Positions 27,210 through 40,689 of a stretch of 64,000 nt of DNA are shown here, piece by piece. The stretch is taken from assembly GCF_001194135.2 (NCBI RefSeq), contig NC_068992.1, positions 9,629,199 through 9,693,198 of the forward strand, given 5' to 3'. The first letter of the stretch is position 1, and every line of letters begins with the position of its first letter. The stretch comes from Octopus bimaculoides (lineage: Eukaryota). The notes under the pieces were generated by a model. That model ran no database searches. It saw nothing but the letters and a program-made list of their open reading frames with translations, and was not told where the DNA came from. Position numbers and translations under genes: made by a program.

Positions 27210-28498
27210 TACTACTACTACTACTACTGAAAGTATGCATGAACACAGGTATGCTAAATATCAGTTGTTGCAATCTGTGAACAATAAAATGCCAAAATAT
27301 AATAATCTACTTTTCTTGCAGTAGCCTATAAAAAAGTTACACAAAGCTCACATTATTGAAACTTTACTAAGTCATCACAACAATAAAATCGTATTTAATT
27401 CTATGCTAGGGAAATTCTCGTCGTAAACTGAACACTTAACTTACGAAAGGTGAGACAATTGTGCTATAAAAACATTCAGGTAGATTAAAGCACCTCGTTT
27501 TAAGCCGGTCAAATTATATTGTCTGTTATAAACATTTACATGTAAGTCAATAAGCTTCCATTTCTGATGCATAAAAACAGATCGAAAATTTATTCTATCA
27601 ACTATTTAGAAACTGTTCAATCTCAACAGTTCAATGGGTTCTGCTTCTCTCTAACTTGGTTTATCCAACTTTAGAGAAAACATTGAAAGAAACCAGTCAA
27701 TAAATCTTAAATTCTGTAGTCGAATTGGAAAAAGAGTGTTTTCAAAACCAGAAAGTCTAGGTTAATCGCAGACAAATAAGAGTCGTTTTATTTTCCAGAC
27801 ACCAATAGGGTGAAAACATAAAATTCATGCTCAAAGTATAGATCTCTCACAAATCAAAGAACATCTGTTAATAATAATTCTTTGATTTTATGCCTATTCT
27901 GGTACTTGTCTTGAAGTGTTCGTGCAATTCTTACAGCTTAACAGGACTCATTTCTTTACTCATTCTGTTGAAGTCAAAAACATCCGATAGCAACAGCTTC
28001 GAGTTGAAAACCGTCTAACTTCTCTTATCGATTTACTACTCAATCATAGTCAACGTTTACTTCGCGATCGCTTTCTTTTTTTATATAAGAATGACATTAG
28101 TATGTTTACGTGGTTGTAATAAGAAATAAATATACGTAATGTATTTAGTCTGTGTATTTAGTTACGTTAGAGAAGCATAATTGATTATGGTTAATACCGG
28201 TGATATAATTCGCTCTAAAAACTGAGAACAGAATTCGATTACGATATAATAAAATATCAAGCTATTAATGATTTCCAATTGCTTCAGTATTTCGCCATCA
28301 AATTGCTTTGTTGCAAGTTCGTTTTTAAACATTCCATCATGCGATTTTTTTTATTAAGAGTCGATATTCAATGGCTACTACTTTCACCCAATACTAATAA
28401 CAATTTAGATATGAAAACTTCAGCCAAAATACCGCTTGACAATTTATCGAGATTAACAGAGTTATTAGACCGTTGTCGTGCAATATTTTTCCGGCTCA

Positions 28499-28655
28499 GG
28501 GCGGTGAGCTGGCAGAAACGTTAGCACGCCGAGCGAAATGTTTAGCCTTTCATCCTTTCGGGGTCGATAAATTAAGTATCAGTTGCATACAGGGATCGAT
28601 GTAATCGACTGGCCTCCTCCCAAAAATTTCGGGCCTTGTGCCTAGAGTAGAAAAG
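28499..28655 (+). mobile_element. SINE family A with internal deletion, 17-bp TSD, inserted in an older SINE A
   Basis: AATATTTTTCCGGCTCA at 28482-28498 and 28656-28672; the downstream flank continues as a decayed SINE body (GAGTTCAAAT...GTCAACTTT). Confidence 0.85.
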
Positions 28656-28919
28656 AATATTTTTCCGGCTCACTGCATTTTGAGTTCAAATCTAATCGAC
28701 GTCAACTTTTTTTCTCTTCTTTTTATAATGGACCGAGTTGTGAGTTGACAGAATTGTTAGGGCTTCGATTGAGACACCTTTGTGCTATATCTATCGACAC
28801 TTGTTTCTAACTTCTTGTCTGTTAGATTTAAACTATTAACGAATCTAATATTTCTATATGATCCTTGGATTCCTTTAGTGGAGTTCACTCTGTTGCAAAC
28901 ATTTCGGTTAGGTTTCCAG

Positions 28920-29112
28920 TCTGAAGATTTTGAGGGGATGGGCAAGTCGATACCATCGACCCCAGTGTTTGACTCGTACTTATTTTATTGACGCCGAAAG
29001 GGTGAAAGGCAAAGTCGACCTCGGTGGAATTCGAACTTAGAACGTAAAGACGGAAGAAATACCGCTAAGCATTTTACTCGGTGTGCTAATGATTCTGTCT
29101 GCTTGTTGCCTT
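28920..29112 (-). mobile_element. SINE family A
   Basis: Collinear reverse-complement match. Confidence 0.85.
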
Positions 29113-30196
29113 AACAGCGACAATGGTAATGAGACGAGTCATAAGTCAAGAGTTAATTAATAACTGAACAATCGAGTATTCACGTAGAGAATATGAGTAG
29201 TTCAATCATTCCTAAAGTTTTAGGCATCACGTTTGAGTTTGGGTAATGAATCTACATCAGAAGGGATTCCAACGATTATGGAATTTATTACGTTTGCATC
29301 AGATCAACATCTGTTAATAACCGTGTGATACTGTTTGTGGCACTGTTTTGCCATGCTAAATGAAATTACATTCTTGTAAAACAGCCTCACTCGTTTGCAA
29401 ATGACATCTGACTCTAAAAGCAGAAAACTATACTAAACTCCTACATCTCTTCCCTTTCATCTATAACTGTTCTCAAAATAGAACTGTTCCACTACTTTGA
29501 TAAATTCTCTTGTTTCGGCATCGTTTCATGTCAGATTTTCATTCAATTTGTTTTCATATAACGTATCTTAAATGGAAATTCTACGGCTGGAAATAATATC
29601 TCATTTTCTACACTTTTCCAACAATGTATTTTAATCTTAGGTTGTGTAACAGTTGACATGATGCGGAAAAAACATATCAACTGATTTTCACAATCTAATT
29701 TTCACTGAATTGTTATATATTTTCTAACACTATCTAGGCTTAACAACAGTTCCGGCAACCTAATTGTTATAACATCATAATAACCTCATTCAACTCTTTA
29801 AATTAATTCAGTTTATAACAAAAAAAAAGTTGCTCTATTTCATATTTTCTCTTAAACTTAACTTCATACAATTTCCGAATAGTGTCTGCTGTTTTATTTC
29901 CATAGAATGAATCACGGATGAGAGAAATGTATATAAAATCGGGAATATTTCAATTAGAACTCGTTAATCACCTAGAGTAAGGTTTTAATTAAAACAGTGT
30001 ATGAATTTGTCTCCCCACAAATTCGTCTCAATCATCATCACTTCCCTCACTTGAACAGTTAACAAGTCCAGACGACTCCATAGATACGGAATGATTTTCG
30101 CAGCCCGATGCCGCATCATACACGCGCATGCGGGCACACACTCACATACACACGTAATCATAGAGATATATGTATATTTATGTGTAAATATATATG

Positions 30197-30258
<62 letters not shown>

Positions 30259-30375
30259 NNNNNNNNNNNNNNNNNNNNNNNNNNNNNNNNNNNNNNNTAT
30301 ATATACTTTATTTAAAAGCAGCAGAAATATCACAAAAACTGTTACTCAGAGTTTCACGTTCCTGTTCGTCCGACA

Positions 30376-30413
<38 letters not shown>

Positions 30414-30696
30414 CGGAATCATAATTTAGATGTCACCATTTCACCTTTTGTAATATTTCAGCTAAGAATAATCATTCTATTCCGCTCATTCTTTTCTTTA
30501 CTTTTTATTTTTACTATTATCAGTTTTATTATTGTTGTTATTTTGTGCTGCAAATAGTTTCTGAATGAATAACGCCGACTTATAAAAACAGATATCTTTT
30601 AATAAACATAATGGTTAAAATTAATTTTCTATTCAATCAACGTATATGAAAGGATCATATTGAGGATATATATGTATATATATATATATATATATA

Positions 30697-30960
30697 TTGA
30701 GTTATCCCATAAATAATGTGGGTTTTTTTAATTGCATGAACTAAAAGTCGGAGGGGGACGGGATAAACTACTTGCATCAGCTTGCTATAAAAGCAGGTGA
30801 TAATTTTATCGTGTGCTTATTCTTAGGGCATTTTTTAAAGAGTGCAGTTTAATTTTAACAGTTATTTTTTCGAACTATAATGGAAGTAACGAAGAACCAT
30901 ATTCGGAATATTTTGCTTTATGAGTTCAATAAAGGCAACAACGCAACGGAAAGTGCGAGT
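30697..30960 (+). mobile_element. Mariner transposon 5' fragment (TIR, 5' UTR, first 27 codons of transposase)
   Basis: Starts after (TA)n with TTGAGTTATCCCATAAATAATG (mariner-like TIR). ATG at 30880 gives MEVTKNHIRNILLYEFNKGNNATESA, the typical mariner HTH N-terminus. Truncated by (ATT)n. Confidence 0.8.
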
Positions 30961-30961
30961 A

Positions 30962-31017
<56 letters not shown>

Positions 31018-31076
31018 CAGTATATAGGGATCGGACAATAAGCGTAATATATATACATGTGTGTGTGTGTGTGTGT

Positions 31077-31109
<33 letters not shown>

Positions 31110-31112
<3 letters not shown>

Positions 31113-31990
31113 GTGTGTGTGTGTCCAAGACAGGTGTATAAACAACAAGCTGGTGTGTAAGTTTGACGCTCGGGAAAGTGAGATCTTTTACGTTTCGAGC
31201 CTACGCTCTTCATCAGAAAAGAACACGAAATAAATAAGCAGAGAGAGAATAAAACAACTTGAGGATTTAGCGATCAATCATGGCAACTGGTTGGAAAAAG
31301 GTAGCTGGAAAGAAGAGCTAGGAAGAAGCGAAGATAATAAAGTATTGGTAATCCCAAAACGAAGACGCACGTGCCTGTGTGTACGTGAAAGTATGTGTGC
31401 GCGTGTGAATAGGGGCTAGTGACTTTGACATCTGGATGTGTACGTGTGTGTGTGTGTGCATCTGTAATGTGTGTGTGTGTGTGCATTTGTAATGTGTGAG
31501 TGTGTCGATGATGGTGTGTGGATGTGCGGATGATGGTGTATGGATATGCAAATAATTGAGTGTGGTGTAGGTGCTGTGAAGTGGTCAGTCCTAGTATGTG
31601 AGGAGGGGTGTTGGATGGTGGATTGTGGTGTGGCAGTGTGGTAGTGTGTGGTGTGGTGTGGCAGTGTGAGCTATGAGACTGTGAGGGAGAGGTGTGGGTT
31701 TGGGCTGAGGATGTTGTGGTGGGGATGTGGGGTGGAGGTGTATGTGGAAATGGGATATTGGGGAAGGTGTGAATGGAAGGGTATCACTGAAGAGAGAAGG
31801 TGAGCAGGAGTGAAGAGAGGAAGTAGGTGTCAGATAAAAAGAGGAGGAGAGTCGGATGAAGAGGGGAGGGGAATGGAGCCATGCGGCGCAAAGGAGCGAA
31901 GAGAGAAGATTAATTCCTGTTCACGGCGAAGGCGGGAGTCCAGATGGCCCCTGTGCAAAGACAATCCGAACACAGACAGTCTATAAACTC
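31110..31990 (-). mobile_element. Penelope-like element terminal region carrying a minimal hammerhead
   Basis: Hammerhead at 31185-31222 with flanks homologous to 57795-57900 and 49140-49203; long strand-asymmetric low-complexity tract adjacent. Outer boundary approximate. Confidence 0.5.
31185..31222 (-). ncRNA. Minimal type I hammerhead ribozyme motif (Penelope-type)
   Basis: Minus strand UUU-CUGAUGA-A-GAGC(GUAG)GCUC-GAAACGUA^AAA: intact core, 4-bp stem II, palindromic ACGU helix III, short stem I. Confidence 0.75.
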
Positions 31991-32720
31991 TATTTCTACA
32001 ACCATCTTTGTAAATATCCACATTCACACATTTATTTTCTCTGTGTGAAATTTGACGCTATAGAGTTGTACTTAAATAGTTCACACCTGGCATGCAAATA
32101 AAAATAACTGTTAATATAAAAATATAAAATCGTATATGAACGTAAATAAATATTCACTCTAACTCTACGAGTATTTTTATATACATCCATACACATACGT
32201 ATCTCTACATGTGAGAATTGTGCTTAAAAATAGTTCACAATTGAAATGGTAACAAAAATAAAAGCCATCATATTTTTTCTCTGCTTTCATAAGATTTTCG
32301 TCATTTGACTGTGACCGTGCTGGAGTGACATATTTAAGCGTTTTCATTAAATATATCAACCTCAACACTTTATTTAGTTTTATTGCCCCCCCCCCCTCTC
32401 CATTGAAATACGATGAGCAACCATTTTGGCATAAAGGAATTATTGGTCACGACTACACAAGTAAGTAAACCAACAACCAAAAACGTGATATTCGCTTATA
32501 AGTGACGGCTAAGCTTTTTTTTTTTTACACTCTCTATCGTCTGCTCTATTACAAAGTAATGATTAAACTAAAATACATACTCAATTTCTAAGAAATAGTA
32601 TTTTCTGTTGGTTTTTTTTTTTTTTGTTACTTTGTCGATTTTACTTTAATCTTCTCAGAACAAAATTTGTAATTTATAAACAAGTGAACAGCAGAAAATC
32701 TATTACTGACTGGCTATTGA

Positions 32721-32759
<39 letters not shown>

Positions 32760-32867
32760 GATTTTTCTCGATCTTCAGTTTTCAATTCTTTTTTCTGACT
32801 TGCTTCATTTTCTTCTCTGTATTCTATACTCCTTACCACTGCTGTTACGTTTTTACAATTACTACTT

Positions 32868-32869
<2 letters not shown>

Positions 32870-32906
<37 letters not shown>

Positions 32907-32907
32907 A

Positions 32908-32962
<55 letters not shown>
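32870..32962. repeat. (CTA)n-(TAA)n microsatellite
   Basis: Directly visible. Confidence 0.95.
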
Positions 32963-33042
32963 TCGTTGTTCCAGTTTATCAAAGGAGTGTTCTAGAACAT
33001 TCTAAACAAGACTCAATAAGATTTCCAAATGAAACAATGACG

Positions 33043-33073
<31 letters not shown>

Positions 33074-33301
33074 CACCATCAACATCATCACTACCATCAT
33101 CTTCATCAAAAAACAACAACAATAAATATCTTTCTCGCTTAATTACATAAGTTTGCTATGCTATAAAAATAAAAAACGAAACAAAAATCGCATCTCACCT
33201 ACCTTTGCTTGATTGAAATAATATGGTAAAACAAACAAACATATATATATTTATATTTATATATATGTATGTATGTATATATACATACATATATATATAG
33301 G

Positions 33302-33332
<31 letters not shown>

Positions 33333-34205
33333 TATATAAATGTATATATGTATATATATATGTATGTATATATATATATATANNNNNNNNNNNNNNNNNN
33401 NNNNNNNNNNNNNNNNNNNNNNNNNNNNNNNNNNNNNNNNNNNNNNNNNNNNNNNNNNNNNNNNNNNNNNNNNNNNNNNNNNNNNNNNNNNNNNNNNNNN
33501 NNNNNNNNNNNNNNNNNNNNNNNNNNNNNNNNNNNNNNNNNNNNNNNNNNNNNNNNNNNNNNNNNNNNNNNNNNNNNNNNNNNNNNNNNNNNNNNNNNNN
33601 NNNNNNNNNNNNNNNNNNNNNNNNNNNNNNNNNNNNNNNNNNNNNNNNNNNNNNNNNNNNNNNNNNNNNNNNNNNNNNNNNNNNNNNNNNNNNNNNNNNN
33701 NNNNNNNATATATATATATATATATACGCACACAGGTACACACACATATATGCCACTTAAACCAACGGCATGGTGGGAGGGTGGTGTTATACCGAGAGGA
33801 GGTAGGAATTCAACTTTAGTAAAGAAATGCATTTATTTCTGTAGTTTAGACCTGTTTTGCTTTTTCTTTTTTGCATTTGTTTACAGCTAAGTCAATATAC
33901 ACCGTTGTTAGAGACTCGATTTCATCTCAGCATCATCGTTTTCTCTGACGAAAGTCAGTGGAATAACAGAAGTTGTCGGTTACGATATCGAACACAAATT
34001 TACTACGCTATTTTTGTATATATCTTTACATTCTGAGTTCAAAAGCCTTCAGAGTAGATATTTACTATTTTCACTTCGGGTGTTGATAAAATATCATATA
34101 AAATATGTAATTAGATTTAGTACGACCTTGTTTCTAAGAAATTATACATACATACATACATACATACATACATACATACATACGTACACACACATACACG
34201 CGCAC

Positions 34206-34237
<32 letters not shown>

Positions 34238-35234
34238 GTACATATATATATAGAAGCATTCCATCGGGTACGACAGCGGGTGTTCCAGTCGATTCTGTGA
34301 AACCAACGTGCAAGTAGCTGAGTACTCCACAGATACCCATACTCTTAACGTACTCCTCGGGGAGATTCCTCATGACACAGAATATGTCAAGTGTCTTGCT
34401 CAATAACACAACGCACCGCCGGGAATTGAACTCACGTCCTTACGATCGTAAGATGAATATATGCACACATGTACATGTATGTATGAGTGAATCATTGTGT
34501 GTATATATATGTATATGTATATATTTATGTATGTATGTATGTATGTATGTTTATTATACAAACATTTGAAAAAGCTTTGGGTAATGCAAGGAAAGTATAT
34601 AAGGTAATGTCAATAAATGACAACAAAGGGAAAAGATATTGTATTACCTTATATAGGTTGTTTAATTATCCTATAATATTTCGGGAAACATTTCCCTCTT
34701 CAAACTGACGAAAGAGAACAATCAAAGGATTTAGAGAAATATGTTGTTACTGGCAGGCCATGCTAATTGTAACCTCAAACTATTTACTTCTTGGGTGCCT
34801 TTAGTAGAACTCATTGTTGTTTGCACTTGGAATGTTGGTGTAAAGATATCTTCCTCCCACCAGTGTCAGTCGTTGTAAAGAGTCAGGTGATTACTTTCCG
34901 TCCTAAATAGGCGATAAAAATATGCAACAACCTATTTTGTACATTCTGTCATATTTAAATATATTTTCGTGTAGATTTGCAGTCAATTATTACAAATGAC
35001 TCAATCACATTTTCATGAAATCGAACCCATTTTAACTCTGCTCAGTATTATTCAAGCTTTAAAGAAGTTCTCATGTCCTCTTATGTAGTTGTTTAATATT
35101 GTCTTGCTGTTTTCCAAACTGGTCAGACGAATTAACTTCCAGATCAAATACGTTCCTAACATACAAAGCTTATTTTCAGAAGCAAGAAATATTGATATTT
35201 CATACAATATATTTCCTGATATTATTAAGAATTC

Positions 35235-35450
35235 TAAAGCGGTGAGCCGGCAGAATCGTAAGCGAGTCAGAAAAATTGCTAAACAACATTTCTTCCGGCT
35301 CTTTACGTTCTGAATTCAAATTCAGATTCCACCGAGGTTAACTTTGTCTTTCATCCTCTCGGAGTCGATAAGATAAGTACCAGTTGAGTAATTGACTAAG
35401 CCCTAACACCGAAGTTTCAGGCCTTCATCCTAAAGTAGAAAGGATTCAAA
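35235..35450 (+). mobile_element. SINE family A
   Basis: GCGGTGAGCCGGCAGAATCG head, TTCAAATTC, CATCCTCTCGGAGTCGATAAGATAAGTACCAG core. Confidence 0.8.
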
Positions 35451-36591
35451 ATTCTCCGCTGAAAATATCCATCTGACATCGTCCTCCTATTGCAATACTA
35501 CCCAAATCAGTAGTCATCCTACAAAACGATAATGAAATATGAATCCGGAACAAAACCAGATGCTTGAAAATATTTGGTATTTTGATCTCTTAATCACAAT
35601 GATATCACTGAAAGTTTTTCAGGATCAACACCCATCTCCTCGAAATAAAAAGAAAGACAACGTATTATATACACTGTTAGAATTATCAAATCATATGAAC
35701 TTAGACTTCAAAAACAATTCAAGATTGGGAATTCAGTCATTTCAACTTCAGCTAGAATCTTGTTTTTTTTTTTTTGTTTTTTTGTTTTTTTCTGTACAAC
35801 AATCCGTTTTTACTATTTTATTTGTTATATTTTTTTCCAAAGTTTAACGCATCAAACAATATACGAAAACATGTAACGTTTTTAAATTTCATTATGGCAA
35901 GTTTATTTTTTCAAGCAAACCGCCCACCCCGTGATACACTTCCACAAACAATAAATTTCGTTTGAATTTGCCAAAGAGATCAGATATACATATAACGTTC
36001 ACTAGTCTATTAAATTATACATGGCCTGGCCCCTGGTGGTCAAAACATATCTAAGGCATCGGAAGATAACCTCTTGACATTTAAACACACTTCTCGCTAC
36101 ATTTCTATTTATGAACAACTTTCTCTGAACTTTATTGTCTACCTATTGAATGTTTTATTAATTAAACACGACAGCTCTTTTATATAGAGTGTCATCGATA
36201 TTTAATCGATAAATTACAGTATAAAAAAGAAAAGAGAAATAGTTCATGGCCGCACATCGTTTCTTTTGATTTTTATATAGACTGAGTCATAATGGTGAAG
36301 CGTGTGAGAAAGATGAGAATAATTGGAGAAGTTTCTCCAGAGTCTCTCTGTCTTTCGGTTTCTGCCGTTTCAATAATAGTATATACTCTTCCGAAAGACT
36401 CAATTAGCTGCCCCGCGATTTCACGTTTATCTTTAATGTTAGATTCAACTTGTTTTCATTATCTTCTTATCTGGACTTTATGAAAATAACTTACCTTTCA
36501 TGAGCGCGTAATATATACATACATACATATATGCATATGATATATATAGATAGATAGATAGATATGCATATGATATATATATGTGTATATA

Positions 36592-36623
<32 letters not shown>

Positions 36624-36649
36624 NNNNNNNNNNTGCGTGTGTGCGTGCA

Positions 36650-36692
<43 letters not shown>

Positions 36693-37622
36693 AAGTGGAG
36701 TGCCAGAAAGAATGGCTTGCAGTATTCATTTCGGTTCTCTGGTTTCTGAGTTCAAATCAAATTTAGAAGTCAGCTTTGTCTTTTGTCCTTTCGAAATCGA
36801 TAAAGAAAAATTCGGTATTGAGTTCGATTTTTCTTCACTGACGGAGAAATCGTCTGCGCTTAGACCGGGATAAGGACGTGTTGCAATCGGTTTACATTGT
36901 TCAAGCCATGCTTTATGTAATGATGGCGGCCCTAAGGTACGATCAGGATATGAGGATCCACTTCTTTGCCTGTGTCTGCGTGGGCGCTCTCCTCCCGCCA
37001 ATTCTTCACCGTTATGCGCCAATATATAAAGGTTCGTCGGTTTACTTCCCCCGTGATATGAAGGTGGGGGCATACACGCTATGACAGCTTGTTTTTTTTA
37101 TTAGATTACTTAGAGAAGGAAGGATAGCACTGATAACCCTTTCGTGACGAACTCTTTGGCTTCTGTCATTTTTTGTTCCGTGCAATCAAGGGAGATCTTG
37201 TGACTCTGGTAAGGGTTTCAGCTTGTTACGTTGCCGATGCATTGTTGTTGCTACTGCCGCTGGTAATGATAGTCGCCATGGTAGAGATAGTAACAGCGAT
37301 ACTGATGCTACTTGTGACTGAAATAACAGCCGATAAAGTTAGGGACTGTCCTCTGTTGATCTTCCGTCCACAGCTATAATGCTCAAATAATTGGATAGCA
37401 TTGTTTCAATTTCTGTGGCTGCCATAAGTCTTGTTCACTAGACGAGAACTATTGACTTGCAATCTGCTTCTCTTTTCTCTCTACGAAGGAAAACTCCCGT
37501 CAGCCTTGTTTTTCTCATCTCCTAACGTAACTCTTCCTTTTTTTTTGTAGTTGAAACGAATATTATAGAGTTGAAACGAATACTATCAAGCATTCTATCC
37601 AACCACCGCCTTTAAAATATCA

Positions 37623-37735
37623 TTTACACCTCGTGTGTGTGTCAGCAGATTAAAACCAAGTTTATACCTCGTGTGTGTGTCAAGCAGATTAACATCATTT
37701 TGCACCTTGTGTGCGTTAACCAGATTAGCAAATTT
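37623..37735. repeat. Degenerate ~38-bp tandem repeat, 3 units
   Basis: TTTACACCTCGTGTGTGTGTCAGCAGATTAA... repeated with decay. Confidence 0.75.
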
Positions 37736-38616
37736 TCCATGATGAGATACGATTGTCTATTGACCGATAAGCTTTTACCTTCTCTCCTCGGACAGTATTT
37801 TCTCACTGAGGTAACGAAAAAAAAAATCAATTATAAATCTATAAACCTTGGCAGCAATTGAACGGACATTGAATTCGATTAGCTACTAAGTTAAGTAGTT
37901 CAATATTTCATTGGATTGACTCTCGAGAAAATTGGTGAGGTGATGTCGACTCCTAGACAAACTTTATGAGGACATAAATTAAGATCTTTGATGACATCAA
38001 TGATGTGTGAAATTATTTATTCGAGCAATTCCTCCAACAATCAGTGACTCAACTAATTTATTCTAACTCAACGGTTCCTTCAATTCAGAAATGGCCTCAG
38101 AGAATCGATAACTTTGTCATTTTGGAACAGTTAATTGTAATTGTGTGATTAGAAATGATTTTTGTGTTGAGGGTGTTTTCAAAGTTTTGCATAAGCAAGG
38201 TATTTTACTTGATCAAACATTGCTTACAGTTATGATTGTTCCAATGAGAAGATCATTATAAAAGCTTCTCTAAGAATAGATTTAAAGTAAAGTGCTCTAA
38301 GGTAGTTTCTTTGATAATCTATTTAATTGGGTAATTTCACTGATTTTTATTTAATCTGTTCCTCTCTTAATATTTTGAGTTCAAATCAAACCACAATTGA
38401 CTTTTAACCTTTGATTTTTCTAGGGTCGTCAAAAAAGGCCCACAGATTTGATGGGAGGGTGTTAGTCTCCCCTCATCAACTCTGATACTTTATCTTATCT
38501 ATCCTGGAAGGATGAAAAGCAAAGGTTCCACGGTAGCATTTGAACTCAGAATGTAAAAAGCCGAAAGGCATTTCCCAACGCTTTAACGATTATGCCAGCT
38601 TGCCACTCTTACATAA

Positions 38617-38681
38617 TTATATAAGACCATTATATAAGACCATTATAAGACCATTATATAAGACCATTATATAAGACCATT
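38617..38681. repeat. 13-bp tandem repeat (TTATATAAGACCA) x5
   Basis: Directly visible; one unit is 2 bp shorter. Confidence 0.9.
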
Positions 38682-38743
38682 GTGCGTATGTAAAAACTTT
38701 TATGTGCTATTTAATGTTTTTAGATAAAATTTATATAAATATT

Positions 38744-38950
38744 CTTTTCTACTCAACGCCCGAAATTTTTGGAGAGGAGGCCAGTCGATTAGATCGACCT
38801 CAGTACGGTACTGGTATCTAATTTATCGACCTGGAAAGAATGAAAAGCGAAGTCAACCTCAGCGGAATTTGAACTCAGAAAGTAAAAACAGAATGAAATA
38901 CCGCTAAGCGTTTCGCCCGGCGTGCTAACGTTTCTGCCAGCTCGTCGCCT
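38744..38950 (-). mobile_element. SINE family A, full length with 19-bp TSD
   Basis: TAAAATTTATATAAATATT at 38725-38743 and 38951-38969. Confidence 0.9.
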
Positions 38951-38989
38951 TAAAATTTATATAAATATTACTTAAAATCAAATTTTGAA

Positions 38990-39881
38990 GGCGATGGCTA
39001 GATAGAAAGTTTCGCAGTATTTTTACAACATTACCATCGACGAATCTACTGACATTACTGATACGCCACAACTGGCAATTTTCGTGAGAAGTATTGATTC
39101 AAGTTTTAAGATCACTGAAGAGTTACTTGTTCTATGCCTTCTGAAAGGAAATTGCACAGGTGCTGCTGTTTTCAAAGAAATTGATACTGCTCTCGAAAAG
39201 GCGGGAGTGACTTACAATCGCCTGATGGGAATTGCTACCGATGGTGCACCGGTGATGATCGGCAAGGAACAAGGTTTGCGTGGTTCCCTCTAAAGAAAAC
39301 TGGAATCCCTGAACATGAGTAAAGCCAAATATTGTGGTACCATTGTATTCTACATCAGGAATCACTTTGCTCCAAAATCATTAAGTTTGATCACGTCTTG
39401 GATAATCTCGTGAAAGCCGTCAACAAAGCTTCTTGATGACTCGAAACAATTTCAAGTTTCTCATTGATATTTTCGCTCATTATACATCCAAAATGAAATT
39501 GCTTTATTATTGAATTAAATGCCATTTGAACAAATATTTTTTCTTAAATCTTGATCACTAGTTAAATTTATTTTGTAGAATGTAAAGTTATAAGTCAAAT
39601 TATTTTTTATCATATGCATGTGATATCTGGAGGTTATAATTGTTTGATAGCAATGACGAAGTAAAAGTAGCATCATATATATGTATAAATTGAGTTATGA
39701 ATAATAATTATATAATGAGTAATTTCTGTAAATAAAATAATAAAAGCAATATTTTCAGTTCTGAATACTTTTTTAAACCATTTCAAATATTAAAAAAGGA
39801 AAGAGTAAAGTGTGAGTCCGGTCCACTGACACCGTTTTTTCTTAAATCCGGCCCATGTTCGGAAAAGGCTGTGCAACACTG
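38990..39881 (+). mobile_element. hAT (Buster/Charlie/SPIN-like) transposon remnant with transposase pseudogene fragment and right terminus
   Basis: 39030-39425 translates (one stop, one frameshift) to ITIDESTDITDTPQLAIFVR...EELL...ATDGAPVMIG...WYHCILHQESLCSK, containing the DEST, TDGAP and HCxxHQ motifs. Right end CCGGCCC...GTGCAACACTG is hAT TIR-like. Confidence 0.85.
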
Positions 39882-40689
39882 CTTTTGTGTTTTTAGTCTG
39901 ATTTAAACATGACGATGAAAGCTATACTAGAATATTACTTGACATATTTGAAGAGTTTTGATTAGGATTTTGTAATAAATTTTCTGTATTTAATTGATAT
40001 TTCTATTGCTTCTGCACTCGTTTCAAGCTTGTTCTGTCCTTATCTAATTCGGTTTTATGAGTGAATTAGTTGAGATCGTATCGGTGTGTACAATAAATGC
40101 ATAATTAATAGTTTAGAAAGCGACATACAGGTTTGCCCGACGCTGTAATTATCATGGAATATACAACTTCCATGTGCAAATATATACTATATCTAGGGTC
40201 CTCTCATATTGTGTAACACCTAAGCTAATGTAGCTTGAAAGGTCCTTGTTTGTTAGATTCTGTTAATAAAAAATAAAGTCTGACTTCAGAAATTCAGCAT
40301 TTTGTATTGGTGTGCTACTATCTGTATCGAAAATCGATATTTCATTATAATTTTCGAGTGTTTGATTGCGAATTAAGTTTTACTAAATGGCATTGTGAGT
40401 TCATGCTGGAGGTGATTGCTAAGACTAAATTTAACATTATATATTTATACAGGAAACCGGACAGCTCGTTTGTAAAGCTGACTGAATTGTCTGTGTGAGA
40501 CAGAGAAAAAGAAGCAGAAAGAGAGAAAGAGAGAGAGAGAAGAGACAGAGAGTAGTTATAGGTGAATTCGTTATTGGTATCCAGAATTATTCGGTGTAGT
40601 TCTTTATAATAGTGGAAATGGGAAATGATAATCTGGAAAGGAATCTAAATAAAAAGCGGAAGAAAACCATGGGCGTAGTAGTCATGCGT

